Source: a virus. Taken from it: a DNA stretch of 64,000 bases. The first letter of the stretch is position 1. The number at the start of each line of letters is the position of its first letter. The stretch lies in the IMG/VR virus record IMGVR_UViG_3300042923_000502, positions 96,001 to 160,000 of that record; one strand, 5' to 3'. Positions 17,171 through 26,060 of the stretch are shown one piece after another. Below the pieces are notes generated by a model. The model ran no database searches and was not told the DNA's origin. It worked only from the letters and a program-made list of their open reading frames with translations. Made by a program: the position numbers and the translations under genes.

Positions 17171-17514
17171 TGATTAACAACATCAGAACAGAACAAGAGT
17201 TTCAAAATATTATTGATATGAACAATGGCACAATTATCCTTAAATTCGGAGCGAGTTGGTGTGTTCCTTGTTCCGTAGTAGACAAATTGCTTCAAGAACT
17301 TGATAACGATAATGTAAATGCAACAATCATTAAGGTTGATGTAGAAAATAATCCAGAGATTGCTTCCGAATTCCGTGTGTCAAGTATTCCTACAACATTT
17401 ATTCTTAGGGACAAAGCGGTAAACAAAGTTATTCGTGGCACAATGTCTAAACAAAATGTACTTGATACACTTACAGAAATTGAGCAAAAGGTAGCTCAGA
17501 AAGAGGGAGAATGA
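17170..17514 (+). CDS. thioredoxin
   Basis: FGASWCVPC active site and VSSIPT cis-Pro loop; GGAGG favours ATG 17170. Confidence 0.9.
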   Translation: MINNIRTEQEFQNIIDMNNGTIILKFGASWCVPCSVVDKLLQELDNDNVNATIIKVDVENNPEIASEFRVSSIPTTFILRDKAVNKVIRGTMSKQNVLDTLTEIEQKVAQKEGE

Positions 17515-17515
17515 T

Positions 17516-17857
17516 ATGGCGGTAGAAAAAGATTTCAGTGTAATCTTTAAAGACAAATGGGATGAAGAAAGTTTTGACGGAGAAAATGAAACAATAATTG
17601 AAGTTCAATATGACAAAGGTTCAGAGAAGCCAGTATACATTGAGCTTAGAGATGTTGTAGAAGATGAAATTAATGATCTTATTGGCATTGACCTTACAAA
17701 AGAACAGGCAATTGAATTGGCATATTCATTGCTTAGAATCAATTGGGATTTAGAGAAGGGTCAACCTATTGCTTCAAATAAAGTAGGTTTGGCAATTGCC
17801 AACAAAAACAGTATTGCTTATTGTGGATATAAATTTGAAAAGGGAGACGAAGAATAA
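17516..17857 (+). CDS. hypothetical protein
   Basis: ORF with RBS. Confidence 0.7.
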   Translation: MAVEKDFSVIFKDKWDEESFDGENETIIEVQYDKGSEKPVYIELRDVVEDEINDLIGIDLTKEQAIELAYSLLRINWDLEKGQPIASNKVGLAIANKNSIAYCGYKFEKGDEE

Positions 17858-17859
17858 CA

Positions 17860-18273
17860 ATGAGTCAAAAATATCTTTGGAGTTTTTATTGGGACTATAA
17901 ACGCTGCGGAAGTCTTGACGGATTGTTTGTTGCAACAGAAGAAGAAGTAAAAGAAGCTATTGGTCAAGAAGCCTATTTTGGTGAGGTACTTGGAAAACAT
18001 AGTGAAGTATATGGTGATCTTTCAGAAGGAGATATTTCTAAAATTGATATTTCTCCAGAAGCAGTAGCAGAAGTATCTAAACATCTTGGAACTACTTGGA
18101 GTGGGTTTAATCCATTGCATTATGTAAGATTCGAATGTAATCGTTGTGGCGACGGCATTGATTATGAGGAAATATCGTATTCAAATGTAGTTGATTCATC
18201 TTTAGATGAAGATGAACATTACGATAGAGTGTGTTCCTTTTGTTATGAAGCATTAAAAGGAGATGATGAATAA
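17860..18273 (+). CDS. phage protein with C-terminal CxxC...CxxC
   Basis: YFGEVLGKHSEVYG; CNRC and CSFC. Confidence 0.7.
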   Translation: MSQKYLWSFYWDYKRCGSLDGLFVATEEEVKEAIGQEAYFGEVLGKHSEVYGDLSEGDISKIDISPEAVAEVSKHLGTTWSGFNPLHYVRFECNRCGDGIDYEEISYSNVVDSSLDEDEHYDRVCSFCYEALKGDDE

Positions 18274-18794
18274 TGGCTAAACTTTACGCATTAGCAGAAA
18301 AATATGTCAAATTAACGGAATTAATTGAAGATGCTCTTGACAATCTTGAAGAATCAGGAATTGATGAAGATGATCTTCAAATGTTCATTGATACACTTGA
18401 CTCAATTGAGGATAGTGTAGAAGTCAAGGTAGAGAACATTTGCAAATTCCTAAAGAACATTCAAGGAGACATAGACGTATTTAAAGCGGAAGAAAAACGA
18501 ATCGCTCAACGTAGAAAGTCACTTGAAAACAAGCATGATGGTATTAAAGGCTACATGGAATCAATGCTTAGACTCATGGGTAAAACGGAAGTTAAGGCTA
18601 ATACTTTTACCGTCAAATTCCAAAAGAGTCCAGCAAGTGTAGAAGTGATTAACGAAAACGATGTTCCTCAAGAATATAAAGAACCAGTGCCAGATAAAAT
18701 TCTCAAGAAAGAAATTCTTGCGGCTCTCAAAGATAAGAAAGTAATTCCAGGTGTATTGTTAGTAGATGACAAGACACACATGAGAATTAGATAA
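18273..18794 (+). CDS. siphovirus Gp157 family protein
   Basis: KLYAL...DTLDSIE...KVENI...AEEKR..RRKSLEN..., coiled coil. Confidence 0.85.
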   Translation: MAKLYALAEKYVKLTELIEDALDNLEESGIDEDDLQMFIDTLDSIEDSVEVKVENICKFLKNIQGDIDVFKAEEKRIAQRRKSLENKHDGIKGYMESMLRLMGKTEVKANTFTVKFQKSPASVEVINENDVPQEYKEPVPDKILKKEILAALKDKKVIPGVLLVDDKTHMRIR

Positions 18795-18797
18795 CAC

Positions 18798-18824
18798 ATA
18801 TGAGGGAGATGATCTCCCTCATAT
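18798..18824 (+). terminator. hairpin
   Basis: ATATGAGGGAGAT-g-ATCTCCCTCATAT. Confidence 0.5.
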
Positions 18825-18859
18825 TAATTGAAAAAAGATTTAGATCGAAAGGATGATTA

Positions 18860-19219
18860 ATGATGGGAGTAAGAAGACGCAGGGACTATATTATTCTTGG
18901 TGTTGATGTAGGATATGAAACATTTGAAAAAGCACATGAATATCTCGAAGATGAAGCATTCCAAGAAATGGAATCATACATTTGCTACAATGAAATACGT
19001 AATATGACTATTATACCTGATTGGGAAGAAAACAGAGGATGCTTTGTAGGACTATTTATTGATCAAAGTGACGAGTATGCAGGATTTGAAAGAGTAAATA
19101 AAGTTGGTCTTGGAGATTACTACGAAAAAGAAGATATAGTTGATTTTGTTTATGAGATGTTTGACAAAGTAGTTGAACACGAAGATGTCAAAGTTATTAT
19201 CTTCACTCAATGGTTGTGA
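18860..19219 (+). CDS. hypothetical acidic protein
   Basis: ORF track. Confidence 0.7.
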   Translation: MMGVRRRRDYIILGVDVGYETFEKAHEYLEDEAFQEMESYICYNEIRNMTIIPDWEENRGCFVGLFIDQSDEYAGFERVNKVGLGDYYEKEDIVDFVYEMFDKVVEHEDVKVIIFTQWL

Positions 19220-19224
19220 GATAA

Positions 19225-19689
19225 ATGGAAGATAAAATTCAAACAGTAATTGGCTTAGACCTTAATTACAGGTCTAAGCCAATCCAATATAAAGTTGACA
19301 AAAACGGATGTCATGTATGTGTATCTCACTACACAAGAAACGATGGGTATATTTGCATTAAAATTAAAGATAAGAGCTTTAGAGCGCATAGACTTGTATA
19401 TGAACTTAATTATGGAAAGATTGGCGAAGGATTGGTTGTTATGCACAAATGCGATAATCCATCTTGCATTAATCCTAATCACATGAAACTTGGAACACAT
19501 AAAGACAATATGGAAGACAAATCAAGAAAAGGAAGAACTCCTAAGAGTCAAGTAAGATTGAATCAGGAGCAAAAGCTTGAATTATGTTTAAGCAATTTAA
19601 CGGAACATGAATTATGCCAAAAGTACGGAGTGTCATATCGCACAGTGAGAAATATCAAGAAAAGATATAGAGAGGGGGCTAAATTATGA
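19225..19689 (+). CDS. HNH homing endonuclease (His-Cys type) with C-terminal HTH
   Basis: [31 protein letters not shown]; a box variant (19221-19237) overlaps the start. Confidence 0.85.
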   Translation: MEDKIQTVIGLDLNYRSKPIQYKVDKNGCHVCVSHYTRNDGYICIKIKDKSFRAHRLVYELNYGKIGEGLVVMHKCDNPSCINPNHMKLGTHKDNMEDKSRKGRTPKSQVRLNQEQKLELCLSNLTEHELCQKYGVSYRTVRNIKKRYREGAKL

Positions 19690-19952
19690 TGATAAATGAA
19701 AAAATGATTGAAAAAGTAACCAGAGAATTCCTTCGAAAAAATTTTAAAATCCAGAAAGACTATGAGTGGGGAGAAGATGGATGTTATACAACTTTATTTG
19801 ATTCAGAAGGGAGCGAAATATTTAGCGGCGACTACTATCATGACCACATTGATGACATGATAAGAGGATTCTTTCTTGCATTAGATTACTTGGATATTGA
19901 ATACGAAGTAGAGAAAATTAACATCAACGAAGAAAGAGATGAAGATGAATGA
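19686..19952 (+). CDS. hypothetical acidic protein
   Basis: ORF with ATGA overlaps. Confidence 0.7.
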   Translation: MMINEKMIEKVTREFLRKNFKIQKDYEWGEDGCYTTLFDSEGSEIFSGDYYHDHIDDMIRGFFLALDYLDIEYEVEKININEERDEDE

Positions 19953-20833
19953 GTAAGTATGATCTAATATATGCACAACAAGTACAAGAAATAATTGATA
20001 ATGGAATATATGATACGGATCAAGTCGTAAGAACTAAATGGGCTGATGGAACTCCAGCTCATACAAAAGGGATTATCTCTCATAAGATTGTATTAAATGA
20101 ACATGAAGATGAAGTACCACTTCTTACAACAAAAAGAGTAGCATGGAAGATGGCAATCCATGAATTGTTGTGGTTCTATGTTAAACGTACAAGTGATGTA
20201 ACTTATTTGCGTGAAAACAATGTTAAGATTTGGGAAGAGTGGACACGTGAAGACAATACAATAGGTAAAGCATATGGATACCAATTAGGCAAAGAGCTTC
20301 AAATTGGAGAAACAGTAGAACAACTTGATATTAGTGCAAAGATAACTGTTCCTGTGTTTGGTAGCAATCAAGTGCACAAACTTATTGAAGGTATCAAGAG
20401 TGATCCAGCATCACGAAGACACATTATTTCATTATGGAATATTGATGATGCATGGGACATGAGCTTGCAACCTTGTGTATGGCACAATCAATGGCTTGTC
20501 AAGCAAGGTAAATTGCATTTGATTGTTGGCATAAGATCAAATGATGTTGCCCTTGGTCAACCTTTCAATGTGTTTCAATACTATGTACTTCAACGTATGA
20601 TTGCACAAGTTACAGGATACGAAATGGGATCATTGACATTCAATGTGAATGATTGCCACATATATTCAAAGCATATTGAACCATTGCAAGAACAAATTAA
20701 TAGAGAGCCATTTAAAGCTCCTGTATTGTGGATAAATCCAACAATTAAGAACTTTGATGACTTTACTATCAATGATTTTATTCTTGATGGATATGAATAT
20801 CATCCTAGTATCCGCATGGAGGTTGCTATATAA
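19949..20833 (+). CDS. thyA: thymidylate synthase
   Basis: PLLTTKRV, ELLWF, SRRHI, LQPC, RSND..LGQPFN, HIY. Confidence 0.95.
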   Translation: MSKYDLIYAQQVQEIIDNGIYDTDQVVRTKWADGTPAHTKGIISHKIVLNEHEDEVPLLTTKRVAWKMAIHELLWFYVKRTSDVTYLRENNVKIWEEWTREDNTIGKAYGYQLGKELQIGETVEQLDISAKITVPVFGSNQVHKLIEGIKSDPASRRHIISLWNIDDAWDMSLQPCVWHNQWLVKQGKLHLIVGIRSNDVALGQPFNVFQYYVLQRMIAQVTGYEMGSLTFNVNDCHIYSKHIEPLQEQINREPFKAPVLWINPTIKNFDDFTINDFILDGYEYHPSIRMEVAI

Positions 20834-21339
20834 TGCTTAATTTAATTGTAGCCTATGAAATTGACAAAAGGGGAATTGGAATCAACAATTCCCTTCCTTG
20901 GCACTTGCCAAGCGATTTAAAACGCTTCAAAGAACTTACCGAAGGTCATGCTGTACTAATGGGAAGTAAGACGTATGAAAGCATTGGCAAAGCATTGCCG
21001 AATAGAGAAAACATCATCTTGACACGCAATAGAGGTTATCGTGCGGATAATTGTTATATCATCAACTACTTGGCACAATTAGATGTCTACATGTCAATGA
21101 ATCCTGATAAAGATGTATTTGTAATAGGTGGAAGTGAGATTTACTCATTAATGCTTCCATATGTAGATAGGATGTATATTACAATGATAGACAATAAGTT
21201 TCATTGTGACTCATTCTTTAAGATAGGCGACGAAAAAGAATGGGAGAATTGGAATGTAACAAGTGCAACAAGACATTACCATGAAGGAGATCAGTGTCCT
21301 TACACATTCGTTGTATATGATAGGATTCTGAAACCTTGA
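20833..21339 (+). CDS. folA: dihydrofolate reductase
   Basis: GIGINNSLPWHLPSDLKRFK, MGSKT, LPNR, IGGSEIY. Confidence 0.95.
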   Translation: MLNLIVAYEIDKRGIGINNSLPWHLPSDLKRFKELTEGHAVLMGSKTYESIGKALPNRENIILTRNRGYRADNCYIINYLAQLDVYMSMNPDKDVFVIGGSEIYSLMLPYVDRMYITMIDNKFHCDSFFKIGDEKEWENWNVTSATRHYHEGDQCPYTFVVYDRILKP

Positions 21340-21364
21340 CAAATGACAGATAAAATAGTATAAT
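21336..21364 (+). promoter_or_regulatory. sigmaA promoter with box
   Basis: TTGACA-aatgacagataaaatag-TATAAT. Confidence 0.85.
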
Positions 21365-21400
21365 ATAGGTATAATCCTATATAAACATAGGAGGTGTAAT

Positions 21401-21595
21401 ATCATAATAATCATAACGTGTATTTTAGTATATTTGCTGATAGGAATAATTATATCATTTAATGTTTTAGGATTCCCATATTCACTAGGAATGCTTGGAG
21501 AATTCATAGTGCATAGCATATTCTGGATTTTTATATACATTCCATGGGGAGACTTGTTTGAAGCTATATTAGATACTATTGATATTTTTGATTAA
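21401..21595 (+). CDS. putative 64-aa two-TM membrane protein with non-canonical (ATC/ATA) start
   Basis: AGGAGGTG RBS at 21389-21396 followed by a hydrophobic open frame with no nearby ATG/GTG/TTG. Confidence 0.45.
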   Translation: MIIIITCILVYLLIGIIISFNVLGFPYSLGMLGEFIVHSIFWIFIYIPWGDLFEAILDTIDIFD

Positions 21596-21630
21596 TTACA
21601 CCATATATCTAAAAATGTGGTGGTGATAAA

Positions 21631-22146
21631 ATGCATAGTTACTGGGAAAGTTCTGTAAAAGGTCATTTAGAAAGAGAAAAGAAAAAGCATCAAGAGAGAT
21701 TAAACAATAAGACAAACCATCCAAAAATAGAGGTGAAAACTATGGAGAAAAAAGTTAACAAGTATGATATTGGCGACATTGTTATCGTTAATGGTTATGA
21801 TGGAAAATATAAAGTTGTAGAGTGGTTTTATGAAATGTCATATAGTGCTGAAGAGGGTAAAATTGAAAATACTTATTACAATTTAGATGAAGTTGGAGGA
21901 AAGAAAAGATTTTTAGATGTAATGTATGAACATGAATTAGCACCTTCCAATGCTCCGATAATCATAGAAGATAAACAATCATTTGCCCTTAAAGATAGAA
22001 ATTCTCTTACTTCTGACGATATCAATAATCTTTTAGATGAATACAATAAGTTTATTGAGCTTCATAGTTTTATTACATCAAATGGAATAGTTGACAATTA
22101 TTACAAAGAAAGAGCCGAAGGAATATTAAAATTTCTGTCAAAATAA
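21631..22146 (+). CDS. hypothetical protein (SH3-like middle, helical C-terminus)
   Basis: KYDIGDIV...; DINNLLDEYN; the true start may be the ATG at 21742. Confidence 0.7.
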   Translation: MHSYWESSVKGHLEREKKKHQERLNNKTNHPKIEVKTMEKKVNKYDIGDIVIVNGYDGKYKVVEWFYEMSYSAEEGKIENTYYNLDEVGGKKRFLDVMYEHELAPSNAPIIIEDKQSFALKDRNSLTSDDINNLLDEYNKFIELHSFITSNGIVDNYYKERAEGILKFLSK

Positions 22147-22158
22147 CATATTTACCGT

Positions 22159-22192
22159 AACCCTACCTATATAATATAAGGTAGGGTTTTTT
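22159..22192 (+). terminator. intrinsic terminator
   Basis: AACCCTACCT / AGGTAGGGTT followed by a T run. Confidence 0.8.
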
Positions 22193-22196
22193 GTTG

Positions 22197-22303
22197 TTGA
22201 CAAGTGAATGATAATGTGATAAGATTCCAATATAACCCAAGAGAGACGGGTAAATGAGGTTGAAAAATACCTCTTGACAAATTATGCAAATGTAAGATAA
22301 AAT
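22197..22303 (+). promoter_or_regulatory. tandem sigmaA promoters with boxes
   Basis: TTGACA-17-TAAGAT (22197-22225) and TTGACA-18-TAAAAT (22274-22303); box at 22286-22302. Confidence 0.7.
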
Positions 22304-22330
22304 GAAACTACATTGAGAAGGAGGAATAAT

Positions 22331-23008
22331 ATGGTTGAGAGTAGAGAGCTATTGCTTGAACAACAATTGTCCGTATTGGGATTCAATGACGCTTTACGTG
22401 CGCTTGATCTAATGCGCAAAGAGATGTGTGCCGAAAAAGGATTTACACGCCACAATGGAGAACATTATTACTATCATTTAGTAGATGTGACTCAAGACCT
22501 TATCAATCATGGAGTACGATACGAACCATGTATTGTTGCGGCGTTGCTTCATGATTATATGGAAGATGTTGCAGGTGTTACTTTTAGAATGATTGAAACA
22601 TTGTTTGGCACAGAAGTAGCCCAATACGTTTATCTTCTTAGTAAGAATCCCGAAATTGATTATCACAATAAAGAAAATATGATAGGATACCTTCAAGATA
22701 TTGGAGACTATCTTTGGACAGCATTAATCAAAACATCCGATAGAAAGCATAACTTTTCACAACTCAAGGATGCTTCATTTGAAAAGCGTATGAAGCAAGC
22801 AATTGAAACGGAGACATATTTCATTCCGGCATTCAAGGAATGGCGTAACAAGTTTCCGCGATATGCACCTTATTTCTTTGGAGCAAAGACATCTATTGAA
22901 CCTCACTTGTGGGCTATCAAAGAATATCATGCCGAAATTGAGAGACTTCAAGACAAGATATTTCACCTTGGAAGGAAGATCGAAGATTACCATTGTGATG
23001 TTTGCTAA
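22331..23008 (+). CDS. RelA/SpoT-type HD hydrolase (small alarmone hydrolase / Mesh1-like)
   Basis: RHNGEHYYYHL, AALLHDYMED and IKTSDRKHN match the RxxGEPYxxH, LHDxxED and KLADRxHN motifs. Confidence 0.8.
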   Translation: MVESRELLLEQQLSVLGFNDALRALDLMRKEMCAEKGFTRHNGEHYYYHLVDVTQDLINHGVRYEPCIVAALLHDYMEDVAGVTFRMIETLFGTEVAQYVYLLSKNPEIDYHNKENMIGYLQDIGDYLWTALIKTSDRKHNFSQLKDASFEKRMKQAIETETYFIPAFKEWRNKFPRYAPYFFGAKTSIEPHLWAIKEYHAEIERLQDKIFHLGRKIEDYHCDVC

Positions 23009-23031
23009 AATAAAATTGGAGGATGATAACA

Positions 23032-23385
23032 ATGATTAGAAACATTATTAACTTTTTTGTAATTGCGGCTTTGTTCTTCTTGGGAAACAAGTATTATCCT
23101 GAGTATATTTATGCTCAAGATACAAAGACATTGATTATTGCAACCATTACAATGTTCGTGATAGGAATTGTCGCTGGATTACTTGTTATTGCATTGTTTA
23201 TTGCTTTACCACCCATCGGATGTCTTTCGGTTATTGCATTAATCTTCATTGTTCCAATTCAATTAGCACTTACTTCTTACTATATTGACGGATTTGAAGT
23301 CAATGGATTTTGGACATATGTATTTTTATGGTTTGTAATCTCAATTTGTACTGTGAGAGTAAAAGTGAATACGGAAAATAAGTAG
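23032..23385 (+). CDS. multi-pass membrane protein (YvlD / 4-TM phage holin-like)
   Basis: Four hydrophobic segments; IDGFEVNGFWT. Confidence 0.65.
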   Translation: MIRNIINFFVIAALFFLGNKYYPEYIYAQDTKTLIIATITMFVIGIVAGLLVIALFIALPPIGCLSVIALIFIVPIQLALTSYYIDGFEVNGFWTYVFLWFVISICTVRVKVNTENK

Positions 23386-23414
23386 TTGACAAACTTACAA
23401 ATGTAAGATAAAAT
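23386..23414 (+). promoter_or_regulatory. sigmaA promoter with the box overlapping -10
   Basis: TTGACA-aacttacaaatgtaaga-TAAAAT. Confidence 0.8.
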
Positions 23415-23467
23415 AAAAAGGTAAGGCTAAGTCATTAAACTAAACTATTAAAAGGTGGAACTTCAAA

Positions 23468-23941
23468 ATGACAAACGTATCTACTAAAAAACATGTAAAG
23501 CACACAAATGCAGTAAATCAAGATGAAAGCATCTTTCAAATGTTTGATGCAGGAATTGATGATGAAGTTATTGCTCAGTCATGGAATTTAGCAATTGGAT
23601 ACATTAAAAATGGATACAAATCAAAGTGGAGAAAAGCTAGAGGTAAAGCTAGAAAATCTCCGGTTCGTGGAGCTATTCGGAATATTGTAAAGACTGAAAA
23701 AGAGATTGTTAAGATTGAGCACAAATTATTTGATCTCGAAAAACTGGAGAAAATGAAGGGAAATTCAAGAACATTGTTTGTTGTAATTGGTGGGGAAAAT
23801 GGACAAAAATATCCTGTAAATAGTATCACTACCAATGAAGTAGAGATTTGGGATACTGGCAAAGATGAATTGTTTGTTCTTACAAAAATCTCTGCAAAGG
23901 AGTTTCAAGAAGGAGAGTATTATTTCTCGAAAAAGCAATAA
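23468..23941 (+). CDS. hypothetical protein with possible N-terminal HTH and basic linker
   Basis: IFQMFDAGIDDEVIAQSWNL; KWRKARGKARK. Confidence 0.7.
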   Translation: MTNVSTKKHVKHTNAVNQDESIFQMFDAGIDDEVIAQSWNLAIGYIKNGYKSKWRKARGKARKSPVRGAIRNIVKTEKEIVKIEHKLFDLEKLEKMKGNSRTLFVVIGGENGQKYPVNSITTNEVEIWDTGKDELFVLTKISAKEFQEGEYYFSKKQ

Positions 23942-23957
23942 CAAATGTAAGATAAAA
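23941..23957 (+). promoter_or_regulatory. stand-alone consensus box upstream of the NAD operon
   Basis: ACAAATGTAAGATAAAA. Confidence 0.75.
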
Positions 23958-23985
23958 TAAAAGAACATAAGAGAGGATGTTTTAA

Positions 23986-25404
23986 GTGTTGCAAGATATC
24001 TTTAGAAACCCCGTAGATATGACGGATTGTTACAACCTTTCCCATCCAGAACTTAAAGAGAATTTGGATTGGGAAGTGTCTCATATGTACAATCGTGATG
24101 ACTCTCAAGGATATGGCGGTATGTATCTTTATGGGCTCTCCGAAATTGTTAACCGTATTCTGTCTATCAAAATTGAAAAATGGATGATTGATGAAGCAAG
24201 CGACAATGCAAAAAGTATGGGTCTTTGGTTCCCATATAAAATGTGGATGCGTGTAGTCAAAGAATGTAATGGATATGTTCCACTTCATGTTGAAAGTGTG
24301 CCAGAAGGAACTTGGTGTCCTAATGGAACTCCTTTTGCACAAATCTCTAACACTGTAGAAGGATTCGGAGACTTTGTAACATGGTATGAAGGTGTATTCA
24401 TGATGGCTTACTTTGCTTCTGCTTGTCTTACCGAAGCAATGAAAATGCGTGAATATATCGTTTATCGTAAAAATCAATTCGGTTATGATGATTCCTTCAT
24501 GTGGAGATTTCACGACTTTGGATTCCGTTCCCATCGTTCTCCAGAAGATTCCTATTGGGCTTCTACCGCATGGAACATGGCATTGCAAGGTACGGACACA
24601 TTCCATAGTAAGAAGCACACTCCAAAGGCTAACGTTGGAAGTATTCCAGCTCAAGCTCATAAGGTAACTCAACAATTTGACAGAGAGTTTGACAGCTTCA
24701 AGAGAGCTATTGACAAAGCTCATGAACATGGTGGACACACCGTATCTCTCTTGATCGACACTTATGATTCTAATCGCTTCATTAGAGAGTACCTATTGCC
24801 ACTCGCAATCTATGCATTCGATAAAGGTCTTAAAATTAGTTGTCGTCCAGATAGTGGTCAGACATGGGAACAAGCAGTAGATATTTACAAGATTGTTAAG
24901 AAAAACAATTTGACGAATGTATCCGTTCTTATTGGTGAGAATATGAGCTTTACCAATGCTAAGAAGTGTGATGAATACATGCTTGAGAATGGCGTTCCAC
25001 TTAACTTTATTCTTTATGGTATTGGTGGTGGATTCCATAAACACATTGATCGTGATACACATGGATGGGCTATGAAAACGGCTTTCTCCAATGGTAAGCC
25101 ACGCATGAAATTTTCCATGGTTCCACTCAAGCGCAGTATCCCAGGTGAAGTCGATCTTGTAAGAAGAGGAAAAGACTTGTTTGTTATTCCAAGTTCGGAA
25201 AATGATAATTACGATGAAGATATTTTCAGAACGGTTTACTTCTTTGATCCAGTTGAACTAAATGAACCAGATATTTACGTTGCGGATTGGAATGAAACAA
25301 GAGAACGTGCATTGATTCAAGATACTTCTCAAACACGCATCTATCTTTCGGATGAAATTGTCAAATTGGTTGATGAATTTGAAAAAATTTATAGAAAGGG
25401 GTAA
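23986..25404 (+). CDS. nadV: nicotinamide phosphoribosyltransferase-family enzyme (NAMPT/NadV-like)
   Basis: TDCYNLSH, HDFGFRS, GTDT, SIPAQAH, IDTYD, RPDSG, YGIGGG, RDTHGWAMK. Confidence 0.85.
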   Translation: MLQDIFRNPVDMTDCYNLSHPELKENLDWEVSHMYNRDDSQGYGGMYLYGLSEIVNRILSIKIEKWMIDEASDNAKSMGLWFPYKMWMRVVKECNGYVPLHVESVPEGTWCPNGTPFAQISNTVEGFGDFVTWYEGVFMMAYFASACLTEAMKMREYIVYRKNQFGYDDSFMWRFHDFGFRSHRSPEDSYWASTAWNMALQGTDTFHSKKHTPKANVGSIPAQAHKVTQQFDREFDSFKRAIDKAHEHGGHTVSLLIDTYDSNRFIREYLLPLAIYAFDKGLKISCRPDSGQTWEQAVDIYKIVKKNNLTNVSVLIGENMSFTNAKKCDEYMLENGVPLNFILYGIGGGFHKHIDRDTHGWAMKTAFSNGKPRMKFSMVPLKRSIPGEVDLVRRGKDLFVIPSSENDNYDEDIFRTVYFFDPVELNEPDIYVADWNETRERALIQDTSQTRIYLSDEIVKLVDEFEKIYRKG

Positions 25405-25409
25405 TAATT

Positions 25410-26060
25410 ATGGATCAATTCGGAATTATTGGCACAGCAAAAGATACTGCTTCAATTGCTAACATGCCACTTATTACTCCTAACAATAAACTCAAGCCTT
25501 TCAAGCTTGGGTTTATGTTGGGAAGGTTTCAGCATATTCATTTGGGACATGAAATGCTTATTCGTAAAGCAGCAAGTGTGTGTGACACGTTGATTGTTCT
25601 TGTAGGATCAGAACAAGCAAAAGGAACATTGAGAAATCCGTTTGATATTAATGTAAGGCTTGGACTTATTAGAAAGGTATTTAAAGATGACAAAAACATT
25701 ATCATATCATCTATTTCCGATTTGACTCATGAAGATGATCATAGTCAAGAGTGGTCTATTTTCTTGCTAAATAGATTAATGGAAGTTATTGATCACAATA
25801 AGATTAAGCAAAATCCTGACTTGTTTATTTACGGAGATGACGAAGAGAGAGCGTCTTGGTTTAAAGATGAAAATAACTTCTCAAAACTTATCATTACAAG
25901 AGAAACTATTGACATTAGCGCAACACGGCTTAGAGAGTATATCGTAAAGAATAATCGCTTCAAGTGGAGACAATATGTTAATCCACTCATTTATGACGAC
26001 TTTGATCTATTGAGAAAGAAATTGCTTGAAATCGAAGAATATAAGGAGATGGCAAACTAA
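25410..26060 (+). CDS. nadM: NMN adenylyltransferase (NadM-type)
   Basis: GRFQHIHLGH, VGS...RNPF, ISATRLR. Confidence 0.88.
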   Translation: MDQFGIIGTAKDTASIANMPLITPNNKLKPFKLGFMLGRFQHIHLGHEMLIRKAASVCDTLIVLVGSEQAKGTLRNPFDINVRLGLIRKVFKDDKNIIISSISDLTHEDDHSQEWSIFLLNRLMEVIDHNKIKQNPDLFIYGDDEERASWFKDENNFSKLIITRETIDISATRLREYIVKNNRFKWRQYVNPLIYDDFDLLRKKLLEIEEYKEMAN

